A stretch of 32,000 bases of DNA, from the NCBI RefSeq assembly GCF_000091665.1, contig NC_000909.1, positions 383,581-415,580 on the forward strand, read 5' to 3'. Made by a program: the position numbers and the translations under genes. Below the pieces are notes generated by a model. That model made no database searches and was not told the origin of the DNA. It saw nothing but the letters and a program-made list of their open reading frames with translations. This DNA comes from Methanocaldococcus jannaschii DSM 2661. Its GTDB lineage: Archaea > AGJL01 > Methanococci > Methanococcales > Methanocaldococcaceae. Every line of letters starts with the position of its first letter. Positions within the stretch are counted from its first letter, which is position 1. Below, piece by piece: positions 9,654-18,364 of the stretch.

Positions 9654-10697
9654 TAATCTCTTTATAGCATTCCAAACCAAATAACTTTGGGGTTTCAATG
9701 TTCCTTTTTGTGGATTTAAGAATAAAATATTTTTCTTAACTAAAAATTCTCTAATATTCTTAGGTATTTTTATATCTTCAATTTCATAACTATCTTTAAA
9801 TATCTCTAATGCATCAGCTATTTTGTTATAAGACTCTTCGTCCTTCTCCTTAATGTCCTCTAAGAAGTATTTTAGTTTTTGCATTTCATCCCTAAGCATT
9901 TCATCTAAAGTTTCTTTTAAACCTTTAATTTTCAATTTTTTAATTACTTTTATTATCAAAATTGGCTTTCCCCCTACATAGCTATAGATAAGCTCTTTCT
10001 CATCATCAGATAGTTTTTTATTTAGAATTTCCTCAGCTAAGAAATCCATAAACTTTAAAGCTGTCTCTTTATCAAAATCATCCACTAAGATGTAATCTAC
10101 TCTATCCTTTAACATTGCTTCACTATAAACTTGTTCAATAAATAAGCTATCCGAACTTAGGCAAAAAACATGACATAAATGCAATTCTTTAGTTAAATCA
10201 ACAAAATAATTAAAAAGCTCATAAATTAAGAATCCATTAATCTTCATATCACCAATCTTTTGTAACTCATCAATAATAATTATTGGTTGCTTTCCTTCTT
10301 TTTTAATATCCATTAATACGTTAGTTATGTATTTAAAGACATTTTTAGTTGTCTTTTTCTTCAAGATTTCTTCTAATGTATTTTTTGGTGTTGGAATACC
10401 ACATAAAGAAGGAACGTCCTTTATCAAACTCTTTATAATTTCTACTGGCTTTCTATCTTCTTCATACTCTTCAAATAATACTTCAATAAAATCTTTATAT
10501 TTAGAGATAAAAATACCTCTAAGGTTTATATAAAATACAACATACTTATTCTTATCTATCCTATTGTTAATTATTTCGCTAATTAGTGCAGTTTTACCTG
10601 AATTTAATGGACCATAAACAAAATAAACTAAATCCGGATTTCCCTCTAAAATTGACAAAATTTCAGTTATTTCCTTTTCTCTATTAAAAAATCTCAT
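9648..10697 (-). CDS. archaeal ATPase family protein (Arch_ATPase / AAA+ STAND-like)
   Basis: Walker A is [12 protein letters not shown] and Walker B-like is PIIIIDELQ. The probable start is the ATG at 10697 (MRFFNREKE), with GGTGAT 3 nt upstream; the ORF-track start at 10733 is a TTG. Its stop overlaps the trm14 stop in a TTATAA palindrome. Confidence 0.8.
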   Translation of the reverse strand: MRFFNREKEITEILSILEGNPDLVYFVYGPLNSGKTALISEIINNRIDKNKYVVFYINLRGIFISKYKDFIEVLFEEYEEDRKPVEIIKSLIKDVPSLCGIPTPKNTLEEILKKKTTKNVFKYITNVLMDIKKEGKQPIIIIDELQKIGDMKINGFLIYELFNYFVDLTKELHLCHVFCLSSDSLFIEQVYSEAMLKDRVDYILVDDFDKETALKFMDFLAEEILNKKLSDDEKELIYSYVGGKPILIIKVIKKLKIKGLKETLDEMLRDEMQKLKYFLEDIKEKDEESYNKIADALEIFKDSYEIEDIKIPKNIREFLVKKNILFLNPQKGTLKPQSYLVWNAIKRLL

Positions 10698-10908
10698 AAA
10701 ATCACCATTAATAAAACTATAAATATAATTCAAGGTAAAGTAAAACCTCTACTAAAATTTCAGCTTCAATCGATTTCTTATAAAAACTTCTCTTCAATAA
10801 TTTTTAAAATTTTTGTATTATAAGTTAGTTCTGTCTCATTATTCAAAAACTTCAACTTTAATAAATATCACATTAATAAAACATCTTATAAATATTTTGA
10901 GGGAAAGG

Positions 10909-11712
10909 ATGATTCAAGAAATAAAAAATTTTATCTACAAGTATTATATTGAACCAGCTGAGAAAGGAACTGGCTATAATATAGTTCAAGAAATAACTTA
11001 TGGGATTATTTTAGCTTTAGCTTTGTATTTATTTTATAAAGCTTTGAGAAAGTTAAATATAAACATTGATGAGAAATTTGCAATCCCAGGGATTGTTTTT
11101 ACTGTCTTAATTGCTCTAATGAGGGCTTTGGTTGATTGTGGCTACATAGAGAGAAGTTTTTTAACTATAACTCCAGGCATAGTGTTTTTGATTGGTGGAT
11201 TTTTTATACTAACGATTTTAACTACTGGATTGGTATTTAAAGAGAAGTATTATAAAGCATCTGCAGTTATTGGGTTAATTCTATTGTTGTATTTTTTATT
11301 CGTGTTTTTACAGCATATAACTCATTTGGAAGCAATTTTATACGTTGGAATCTTAGTTGGAATATTTTATTATTTAGTTAAATTTTTAGATAAAACCTTA
11401 AAATTAAATATCATACAGTCAAAGATTGATGATTATGTTGTGATTGGGCAGTTGATTGATGCTTCTGCAACAACTATTGGAATAGGAGTTTATGGTTATT
11501 GGGAACAACATCCAATTCCAAGATTTTTGATGGAAACTTTTGGAGTTTATGCCTTTATTCCTTTTAAGCTCTTAATAATTTTATTAGCTTTATATATTTT
11601 AAATAAAGAAGTTGAGGATGAAAATATAAAGAATATTATAAAACTCTGCATAATGGCTCTTGGATTGGCTCCAGGACTTAGAGACTTGTTTAGGACAGTT
11701 ATGGGTGTATAA
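10909..11712 (+). CDS. polytopic membrane protein (possibly DUF63 family)
   Basis: The protein has multiple hydrophobic helices. The probable start is the ATG at 10909 (MIQEIKNF) after GGGAAAGG. The ORF-track N-terminal extension from 10813 looks non-coding. Confidence 0.6.
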
Positions 11713-11852
11713 CGTATTATTCAAATTTCCTTAAAATACTGTGCTAATGTTTATATTAAAAAATACTGTCTGTGGTGTATATTGACACAACCACAACTTA
11801 TATATAGAGAAGCAATAAAAGATTCAGTATTTGAAGTTAGTATTTTATTTTT

Positions 11853-12656
11853 ATGGTGATTAAATTGGAATTTGAATTTTTGTTATTGTTACCTTTACTA
11901 ATTATTGTTGGATTTATAGTGGGGATTTTAGGCAGTTTGTTTGGTATTGGTGGGGGATTTTTAGTAGCTCCAATTTTAACATTTATTTTTGATTATTTTG
12001 GCATTCCAGATGGAGTAAAATTTGCTGTAGGAACATCTTTGTTTGTAGTTTTTATAAATTCGATAATTTCAATCTTTAGGCATGCAAAAATTAAAAATAT
12101 AAATTGGAAGGCATCAATAACAATTGGGATTATTAGCTTGGTTTTTTCTTATTTTAGTGGGTTTTTAGTTGTTAATTTTATTGATTCAGCTATATTGAAA
12201 AAGTTATTTGGAATTTTTTTAATAGCAAATGCAATTTATATGGCTAAATCTCATCATATTGATAAAATCTCAGATAGAGAAGATAAATTGGAACCTTTTA
12301 TTCTCTGTGGAGTTATTACTGGGTTTCTATCTGGATTATTTGGCATTGGTGGAGGAATAGTTATAATTCCAATCTTAGCAATGGCAAAATATCCCGTAAA
12401 AAGAGCTGTCGCAATTTCAGTAGGTGTTATCCCATTAACTTCAATTGGTGGGCTCATATCATATTTAACAGCTAATACAGAGGGCTATATCTACAATATC
12501 GGGTATGTTTCAATTCCAATAGCTTTAATTATGGCTATTCCAATAATCTACTCATCAAAATTGGGGATAAAAATAAATCAAAAGATTTCTCCAAAGCATT
12601 TAAGGATTATGCTCAGTTCTATATTGGGAGTGATGGGATTATTTATGCTTCTTTAA
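11853..12656 (+). CDS. TauE/SafE (DUF81) family anion exporter-like membrane protein
   Basis: 267-aa ORF with an internally duplicated GIGGG(F/I)(L/V) motif in two 4-TM halves. Confidence 0.8.
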   Translation: MVIKLEFEFLLLLPLLIIVGFIVGILGSLFGIGGGFLVAPILTFIFDYFGIPDGVKFAVGTSLFVVFINSIISIFRHAKIKNINWKASITIGIISLVFSYFSGFLVVNFIDSAILKKLFGIFLIANAIYMAKSHHIDKISDREDKLEPFILCGVITGFLSGLFGIGGGIVIIPILAMAKYPVKRAVAISVGVIPLTSIGGLISYLTANTEGYIYNIGYVSIPIALIMAIPIIYSSKLGIKINQKISPKHLRIMLSSILGVMGLFMLL

Positions 12657-12749
12657 TAGGACTTTCGCAGTTTATATATTTTATTAAGGTAATTTGATGC
12701 CCAAAGGCATCTTCATTTAAATAAAACATTTATCCCTGCGAAAGTCCTA
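12657..12749 (+). repeat. palindromic MITE-like element, copy B
   Basis: It has a perfect 14-bp terminal inverted repeat, TAGGACTTTCGCAG / CTGCGAAAGTCCTA, and a central hairpin GATGCC-CAAA-GGCATC. It is flanked by the direct repeat TTTAA at 12652-12656 and 12750-12754. Confidence 0.9.
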
Positions 12750-13412
12750 TTTAACCTCTTTAACACTCTTTTCAATAAACTCTAAAACCTTATCAAACCC
12801 TTCCATTGTTTTTAAACTTAATAAAACAACTTCTGCATCTGGATTTATTCTTTTAGCATCATTCTCCATCTTTTTTATGTCAGCTCCAACGGCATCTGCT
12901 AAATCAATCTTATTGATAACTATTAAATCCGCTGTTTTCATAATGCCAGGGTGTTTTTCTATCGTATCATCCCCTTCAGTTGTTGAAATCACAACAATCC
13001 TTTTATGAGTCCCTAAATCAAAATCAGCTGGGCAGATTAAATTTCCAACGTTCTCTATAAACAGTAAATCAATTTCATCTAAGTTTAAATCCTCCAAGGC
13101 ATGCCCTACTAAGTGAGCATCTAAATGGCATTCTTTACCCGTATTTAAAGGCACTACCTTAGCCCCATGCTTCTCCATTCTCTCAGCATCAAACTTTGCT
13201 ATAACATCTCCAGCAATGCAGGCTATTTTATACTTATCTTTTAAATTATCAATCAACTTTTCAATTAGTAGGGTTTTTCCACTACCAATAGCTCCCATGA
13301 AGTCAAATGCAACAACACCATGTTTATTTAAGAGCTTTCTGTTTTTATCAGCCAATCTTTTATTTGCTTTTAATATATCTTTGGCAATGTCTAAAACTCC
13401 TACTAAGTGCAT
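12747..13412 (-). CDS. hypB: hydrogenase nickel incorporation GTPase HypB
   Basis: The P-loop is GAIGSGKT. ENVGNLICPADFDLG and INKIDL (NKxD) are also present, giving typical HypB length and order. Confidence 0.93.
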   Translation of the reverse strand: MHLVGVLDIAKDILKANKRLADKNRKLLNKHGVVAFDFMGAIGSGKTLLIEKLIDNLKDKYKIACIAGDVIAKFDAERMEKHGAKVVPLNTGKECHLDAHLVGHALEDLNLDEIDLLFIENVGNLICPADFDLGTHKRIVVISTTEGDDTIEKHPGIMKTADLIVINKIDLADAVGADIKKMENDAKRINPDAEVVLLSLKTMEGFDKVLEFIEKSVKEVK

Positions 13413-13426
13413 ATTTCATCACCAAT

Positions 13427-14098
13427 TTATTCTTCATCCTCTATTTCATCTTCATCTTCTTCAATCTCTATCTCTTCATAATTGGGATTCATCTTCTCAT
13501 ATAACTCATCAACATCACTCTTTTTCTTCCATAACTCAAATCTTGCCCTTTTAATCTTCTGTCTTTCCCTCTCTAAGAATTTATATGTCTTTGCATGGGA
13601 TGCTCCTCTTAAGAGCATCTCAACAGCCTCTTTAGCTATCTGAACTGGCTCATGCTCTCCAACTATTGCTACAGTGTTTCCATAAACAGAGACGTTAGCT
13701 CCAGTTAAGCTCTCTATGTATCTTCTTGACTTTCCTTCTTTACCAATAACTCTTCCTTTCAATCTCCTTATGCTGTTATCAGAACTTGCATAGTCCTCAA
13801 TATCTATAACTTCCAAAACATACTCATCACTAACCAATTTTAGAGCAATTTCTGGATTAAATCCCCTACCAATAGCTCTAACTATATCCCTTGCCTTCCA
13901 AACAGCTAAGGGGTCTTTCTGCTTATCTGTTCCATAGATGGTTACTGTTCCATCGGCATCAATCTCCAACTTAACTCCAAGCTCTTTTTCAATGGTTTTT
14001 TTAACATTTCCCTTTTTTCCTATTAAAACTCCTACTCTATCCTTTGGAATCTTTAAAATCTCAATGCTCTTATCTTGTCCAATATTTCCAAAAACCAT
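13427..14098 (-). CDS. KH-domain RNA-binding protein (Dim2/Pno1-like)
   Basis: There are two KH-type GxxG motifs (IGKKGNV, IGKEGKS) and an acidic C-terminal tail. The probable start is the ATG at 14098, 4 nt after GGTGAT; the maximal ORF starts at 14110. It lies in the conserved aIF1A-Rio1-KH neighbourhood. Confidence 0.85.
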   Translation of the reverse strand: MVFGNIGQDKSIEILKIPKDRVGVLIGKKGNVKKTIEKELGVKLEIDADGTVTIYGTDKQKDPLAVWKARDIVRAIGRGFNPEIALKLVSDEYVLEVIDIEDYASSDNSIRRLKGRVIGKEGKSRRYIESLTGANVSVYGNTVAIVGEHEPVQIAKEAVEMLLRGASHAKTYKFLERERQKIKRARFELWKKKSDVDELYEKMNPNYEEIEIEEDEDEIEDEE

Positions 14099-14153
14099 AA
14101 TTATCACCATATAAAAACCATATAAAATAAAAATTAGAAATAAGAATTCTAAT

Positions 14154-15008
14154 TTACAATTGCTTAATCATCGCTTCATCAATTGGGTCTATCTCTTTTC
14201 CAGTTATATATTTGTATAAATCTTTGTAATTGCAATCAACCCTTTTCCTTCTAAAGAAATTGCATATATTTATGCAATCTCTAATAAGTAAGGGATGAGC
14301 TAAAGGATGTTGGGTTATAACGCTCTGAGAAAAATCAATAAATACTGGCTCATCATCTTTAACCAATATGTTGTATTCACTCAAATCTCCATGAACTAAC
14401 TCTCCTTCTTCATAAAGCTTTTTCATACTCTCTTTTATAATTTTAAAATATTTCTCCCAATCTAAATCTTGCATATCTTTAAGTTTTGGAGCTGGAATTC
14501 CTCTATAACCAACAAAATCCATAACTAAGACATTTTCTCTTCTTAATCTTGCCTTTGGGGCATTTATAATTTCAGAAGCCCTTCTTAGATTTCTAAATTC
14601 CTTCTCAACCCATGCATGAATAATTTGCCTTCTACTACTCTTCCTTAAATGAAATCTTGGGTCTCCTTGGATATATTTACTCATAGTTTTAAAATCACAA
14701 GTGGCTACCCTATAAACCTTAACTGCTCTGTAAAACTTTCCCTTTCGTGCTTTAAATACTACTGCCTCTTTTCCAGAATTAACTATCCCTATATATTCAG
14801 TTAAATGCTTTCCAGCTAATAGACTAAATAAAGTCATTAAGGTTCTTTTATCAAAAACTTCGTTAGCGGTCTTTAAATCTTCTAAAAACTTCCTCTCTTT
14901 CTCTAAAATTTCTTTTTGATATTCTCTATCCAATTGAAACTCTTCTTTTTCACTAAGCAATTTATTTAACTCATAGAGTTCATCATCAATATTTTTAGCT
15001 ATAGGCAT
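14154..15008 (-). CDS. rio1: RIO-type serine/threonine protein kinase Rio1
   Basis: It has a RIO domain (GKEAVVF...AVKVYR, LVHGDLSEYNIL, IDFSQS). The maximal ORF reaches the GTG at 15026, but 15013-15045 is a remnant of the aIF1A 3' end, so the ATG at 15008 (MPIAKNI) is the likelier start. Confidence 0.9.
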   Translation of the reverse strand: MPIAKNIDDELYELNKLLSEKEEFQLDREYQKEILEKERKFLEDLKTANEVFDKRTLMTLFSLLAGKHLTEYIGIVNSGKEAVVFKARKGKFYRAVKVYRVATCDFKTMSKYIQGDPRFHLRKSSRRQIIHAWVEKEFRNLRRASEIINAPKARLRRENVLVMDFVGYRGIPAPKLKDMQDLDWEKYFKIIKESMKKLYEEGELVHGDLSEYNILVKDDEPVFIDFSQSVITQHPLAHPLLIRDCINICNFFRRKRVDCNYKDLYKYITGKEIDPIDEAMIKQL

Positions 15009-15012
15009 CACC

Positions 15013-15044
15013 TTATAACAACTCACCTAAATAACCTTTTCTTT
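15013..15044. repeat. direct-repeat copy of the aIF1A 3' coding end (partner at 15292-15323)
   Basis: 28 of 32 nt are identical to 15292-15323 at an offset of exactly 279 nt. On the minus strand it reads (M)ERKGYLGELL-stop, compared with [10 protein letters not shown]-stop in aIF1A. Confidence 0.85.
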
Positions 15045-15070
15045 CCATAGGGGGCTTCGCCCCCTATTGG
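15045..15070. repeat. GC-rich hairpin
   Basis: ATAGGGGG-CTTCG-CCCCCTAT is an 8-bp stem, extended by CC/GG across a 1-nt bulge. Confidence 0.7.
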
Positions 15071-15166
15071 CACAGAACTTTCACAGGAAAGTATCCTTAT
15101 TGATATGGACGCCTAAAAGGCGTCAAAGTTCCAAACTGAATATTATAAAGCTGTGAAAGTTCTGTG
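15071..15166 (+). repeat. palindromic MITE-like element, copy C (variant subfamily)
   Basis: It has a perfect 16-bp terminal inverted repeat, CACAGAACTTTCACAG / CTGTGAAAGTTCTGTG, and a central hairpin GACGCC-TAAAA-GGCGTC. The architecture matches copies A and B. Confidence 0.85.
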
Positions 15167-15188
15167 GATATACCCCCAAATTTAATTT

Positions 15189-15246
15189 ACACCTCCGAGC
15201 GTAGCAAGGAGGTGTTAGCTTTGATGAAACCGAAGCGTAGCTTCGG
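15189..15246. repeat. two adjacent hairpins sharing the apex AGCGTAGC
   Basis: The first is ACACCTCC-GAGCGTAGCAA-GGAGGTGT at 15189-15215. The second is CCGAAGC-GTA-GCTTCGG at 15230-15246. They have identical GC-GTA-GC tips on different stems. Confidence 0.7.
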
Positions 15247-15249
15247 GCT

Positions 15250-15291
15250 ATGAAAACTCTTTAAGAGTTTTCATGTAACTTTCTTAAAGTT
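15250..15291. repeat. 12-bp-arm palindrome plus small hairpin
   Basis: ATGAAAACTCTT-T-AAGAGTTTTCAT lies at 15250-15274. It is followed by AACTTT-CTT-AAAGTT at 15277-15291, which abuts the aIF1A stop codon. Confidence 0.7.
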
Positions 15292-15600
15292 TCATAGTAA
15301 CTCATCTAAATAACCTTTTCTTTTAAGCCATTCAACTTGTGTTTTTGTGTATCTCCAAATGATATCACACTTCTGGTCTCCTTGAACTTCCCATGGTTTT
15401 ACAATAACTACATCTCCTTCTCTAACCCAAATTCTATTCTTTAATCTGCCAGGGATTCTTCCCAATCTTGTTTTTCCGTCTAAGCATCTAACTCTAACCC
15501 TACTTGCTCCCAACATCTGCTCTATAATCCCCAAAATCTCATTCTCTTCTTTTCTTGGAATTCTTACTCTAATTTGCTGTTCTTGTTGCTGTTCAGCCAT
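15292..15600 (-). CDS. eif1a: translation initiation factor 1A (aIF-1A)
   Basis: 102-aa ORF with an S1/OB-fold eIF1A signature ([32 protein letters not shown]). GGTGAT lies 3 nt upstream of the ATG. Confidence 0.95.
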
Positions 15601-15697
15601 TTTATCACCTTTTTTTTATTTTTAATATTTTTATTTTGTGTTTGTTGATATTAATAGTTTTGTTATCCTATCAAAATTTCAAAATTGAGTGTTTTAA

Positions 15698-15789
15698 TAG
15701 GTCTTACGCAGTAATAAATCTTTTCTATTGAATATTGGTGCCTTTGGTATCTAAATTCCAAATGTCCAATATAAAGTGCTTAAGTCCTA
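15698..15789 (-). repeat. palindromic MITE-like element, copy D (degenerate, inverted orientation)
   Basis: Its reverse complement aligns to copies A and B, sharing TAGGACTTAAGCAC...GATACCAAAGGCACC AATATTCAATA...CTGCGTAAGACCTA. The terminal repeat pairs at 11 of 14 positions. It is flanked by the direct repeat TTTAA at 15693-15697 and 15790-15794. Confidence 0.75.
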
Positions 15790-15920
15790 TTTAATAAACC
15801 TTAGATTTTTGTGTCTATGGGTTTGTAATATCTACTTTATATACTCTCACTATATATATGTGTTGATTGACAATAAAATTTAGTGTTATTTAAATTTCTT
15901 CAATATTAAAGGTGGATAGG

Positions 15921-16997
15921 ATGATAAGTAGAGAGGAGGCAATTAATTTCCTTAACTCAACGTCTTCTAAGGATATATTAGATAAATTAGCTCAAATCAA
16001 TAATACATTTAAGAGAGAATATATAACTTACTCAAAAAACGTCTTTATACCTTTATCAAAGTGGTGCAGAAATAAGTGCGGATACTGCATCTTTAGAGAA
16101 GATAAGCCAAGTTTAATGAAGCCGAATGAAGTTAAAGAGATTTTATTAAAGGGAGATAGATTAGGATGTAGAGAGGCGTTATTTACATTTGGGGAACACG
16201 TAGATGAAAATAAAGAGATTAAAGAACAATTAAAATCAATGGGTTATGATAATATATTAGAATATCTCTACGATTTAGAGGAATGGACATTGAATAACAC
16301 TTCTCTCCTTCCACATACAAATTGTGGAATCTTAAATTATGATGAGTTAAAGATGCTTAAAGATGTCAATGCATCTATGGGTTTGATGTTGGAAAATGCT
16401 TCAGAGAGGTTAATGAATACAATTGCCCACAAACACAGCCCTGGAAAGCATCCAAAGTTAAGGATAGAGATGATTGAAAATGCTGGAAAGTTAAAGATTC
16501 CATTCACAACTGGTTTATTAATTGGTATTGGAGAGACAAATGAGGAAATTGTTGATTCACTATTTAAAATAAAAGAAATTCATGAAAAGTATGGGCATAT
16601 ACAGGAAGTTATAATCCAAAACTTTAGAGCTAAGAAAGGCATTCCAATGGAGAATTTTAAAGAGCCATCACCAATAAAGATGTTAAAGGTTATTATTTTA
16701 GCAAAGTTGATTTTAGATGATATTTCAATCCAAATTCCTCCAAATTTAAATAGAGAGACGGGGCAGTTGTTTTTATTGGCAGGGGTTGATGATTGGGGAG
16801 GAGTTTCTCCACTAACAAGGGACTACGTTAATCCAGAGGCAGAGTGGCCAGAAATAAAGGAGTTGAGGGAATGGACTGAGGAGTTAGGGTTAAAGTTAAA
16901 GATGAGATTGCCAGTTTATGATAAATACATAAGTGAAGAGTGGTTAAGTGAAAAAGTTTATAATAAGATTATTGAGATGGGATGGTTAAAGGAATAG
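15921..16997 (+). CDS. cofG: FO (7,8-didemethyl-8-hydroxy-5-deazariboflavin) synthase subunit 1, radical SAM
   Basis: It has the radical-SAM motif CRNKCGYC and a full-length CofG-like sequence. The start is the ATG at 15921 or the upstream GTG at 15912. Confidence 0.88.
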   Translation: MISREEAINFLNSTSSKDILDKLAQINNTFKREYITYSKNVFIPLSKWCRNKCGYCIFREDKPSLMKPNEVKEILLKGDRLGCREALFTFGEHVDENKEIKEQLKSMGYDNILEYLYDLEEWTLNNTSLLPHTNCGILNYDELKMLKDVNASMGLMLENASERLMNTIAHKHSPGKHPKLRIEMIENAGKLKIPFTTGLLIGIGETNEEIVDSLFKIKEIHEKYGHIQEVIIQNFRAKKGIPMENFKEPSPIKMLKVIILAKLILDDISIQIPPNLNRETGQLFLLAGVDDWGGVSPLTRDYVNPEAEWPEIKELREWTEELGLKLKMRLPVYDKYISEEWLSEKVYNKIIEMGWLKE

Positions 16998-17454
16998 CGT
17001 CCTCTATTATTGATATCTGCTTTTTTAAGATATTCTCATATCTATTTTTTAATATTTGTAGGGCCTTATAGGCAGATTTTCCATCTAAATATACAACTTC
17101 CTCTTTTCCCCTTTCCATATACTTAACATAAGCTATGTTCTCATCAAAACTTATTGTTAAAGATATGAACTTATTTGAACTTAAAATATCCTTTAACATT
17201 TCTTCATAAACGTTATTTCCACAGAATAGATTTAATTTGGCTATTTCTTTTATATCTTTATCTTCAATAAGCTGTTTTATTTTTTCATATTCACAGATGA
17301 TTATTTCTAAGTTATCTACCAATTCCTTAAAGCTCTCAGCCCTTTCAATTAAACAAACAAATCTGATTTCAATTTTTCCTTTTCCTTTCCATCTCCATTC
17401 TCTATTTTTCCATTCATTGATTTTTTGTTTAATTTCTTTAATATTGAGATTCAT
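16969..17454 (-). CDS. hypothetical protein (161 aa)
   Basis: It has an ATG start with GGTGA 6 nt upstream and a K/E-rich composition typical of real proteins in this genome. I recognise no domain. Its 3' end overlaps the cofG 3' end by 29 nt. Confidence 0.6.
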   Translation of the reverse strand: MNLNIKEIKQKINEWKNREWRWKGKGKIEIRFVCLIERAESFKELVDNLEIIICEYEKIKQLIEDKDIKEIAKLNLFCGNNVYEEMLKDILSSNKFISLTISFDENIAYVKYMERGKEEVVYLDGKSAYKALQILKNRYENILKKQISIIEDAIPLTIPSQ

Positions 17455-17584
17455 AAATATTCACCAATTTTTAATCTATAACAAAATATTTATTTGATGA
17501 TTAACTAATTTATCCTCAAATGCGGGAAAATATAAATCTGATGCTACACAAACATAACTGCTATAAAAAATATTTGGTGACATC

Positions 17585-18355
17585 ATGATTAAAATATTGG
17601 TAGATAACACTGCCTATAAAAAATTTTTTGCTCAACATGGATTTTCAGCTTTGATAGAAATAAATAATAAGAGAATTTTATTTGATGCTGGACAAAACTC
17701 AATAACTTTGAGAGAGAATTTGAGATTATTTAATGAAAAAGAAGGATTTGATTATATTGTCTTATCTCATGGACATTACGACCACTGCGATGGTTTAAAA
17801 TATGTTATAGAGAACGATTTAATCAATGGGAAAGTTATAGCTCACAAAGATGCATTCTTAGACAAATACGCTGGCAATAGATACATAGGGATTGACGAAG
17901 AAATAAAAGAATATTTGTTAAAAAAAGCTGATTTAGAGATTATTGAAGAGCCGTATAAAATAGATAAAGATATTATTGTCTCTGGATATGTTCCAAGAGA
18001 ATATGAATATGAGATGGAAGAGTTTCAGTGTATTAAAGATGGAAAGAGAGTAAAAGATGAGGTAAATGATGACATGTTCTTAATAGCTAAAGGAATTTTA
18101 ATTACTGGCTGTTCTCATAGTGGAATTATAAATGTAGTTGAATATGGGAAAAAATTAAGTGAAATTAAAGGAGTTTTGGGAGGTTTTCATTTAGTAGGGG
18201 TTTCAGATAACTATTTAAATAGGATTGTTGATTATTTCAAATCTCAAGATTTTTGGATTATGCCTATGCACTGCACTGGATTCAAAGCTTTAACAAAATT
18301 ATCTCAATTAAATAACTTTGTTTATGGGCATGTGGGGAAGATAATTGGGATTTAG
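17585..18355 (+). CDS. metallo-beta-lactamase fold hydrolase
   Basis: The HxHxDH motif is present as LSHGHYDHCDG, with further His/Cys ligands downstream. GGTGA lies upstream of the ATG. Confidence 0.75.
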   Translation: MIKILVDNTAYKKFFAQHGFSALIEINNKRILFDAGQNSITLRENLRLFNEKEGFDYIVLSHGHYDHCDGLKYVIENDLINGKVIAHKDAFLDKYAGNRYIGIDEEIKEYLLKKADLEIIEEPYKIDKDIIVSGYVPREYEYEMEEFQCIKDGKRVKDEVNDDMFLIAKGILITGCSHSGIINVVEYGKKLSEIKGVLGGFHLVGVSDNYLNRIVDYFKSQDFWIMPMHCTGFKALTKLSQLNNFVYGHVGKIIGI

Positions 18356-18364
18356 GGGCTGATT

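Noticed and set aside
10813-10908. N-terminal extension of the membrane-protein ORF ([32 protein letters not shown]).
   Set aside because: It starts at a non-ATG codon with no SD. The downstream ATG at 10909 is preceded by GGGAAAGG and starts a sensible protein. The same logic trimmed the ORF-track starts at 3776, 6046, 10733, 14110, 15026, 15912, 20256, 27222 and 28651.
11731-11790. Direct repeat AAAATACTGT (two copies about 29 nt apart) and an imperfect dyad TGTGGTGT..ACACAACCACA upstream of the TauE-like gene, considered as a possible regulator binding site.
   Set aside because: The motifs are short and imperfect in AT-rich promoter DNA. I cannot distinguish them from chance without comparative data.
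17495-17541. Possible C/D box sRNA, with TGATGA at 17495-17500 and CTGA at 17538-17541, 37 nt apart.
   Set aside because: There are no convincing internal D' (CUGA) or C' (UGAUGA) boxes at the expected spacing, and no terminal pairing. The region is a 130-bp divergent promoter spacer.
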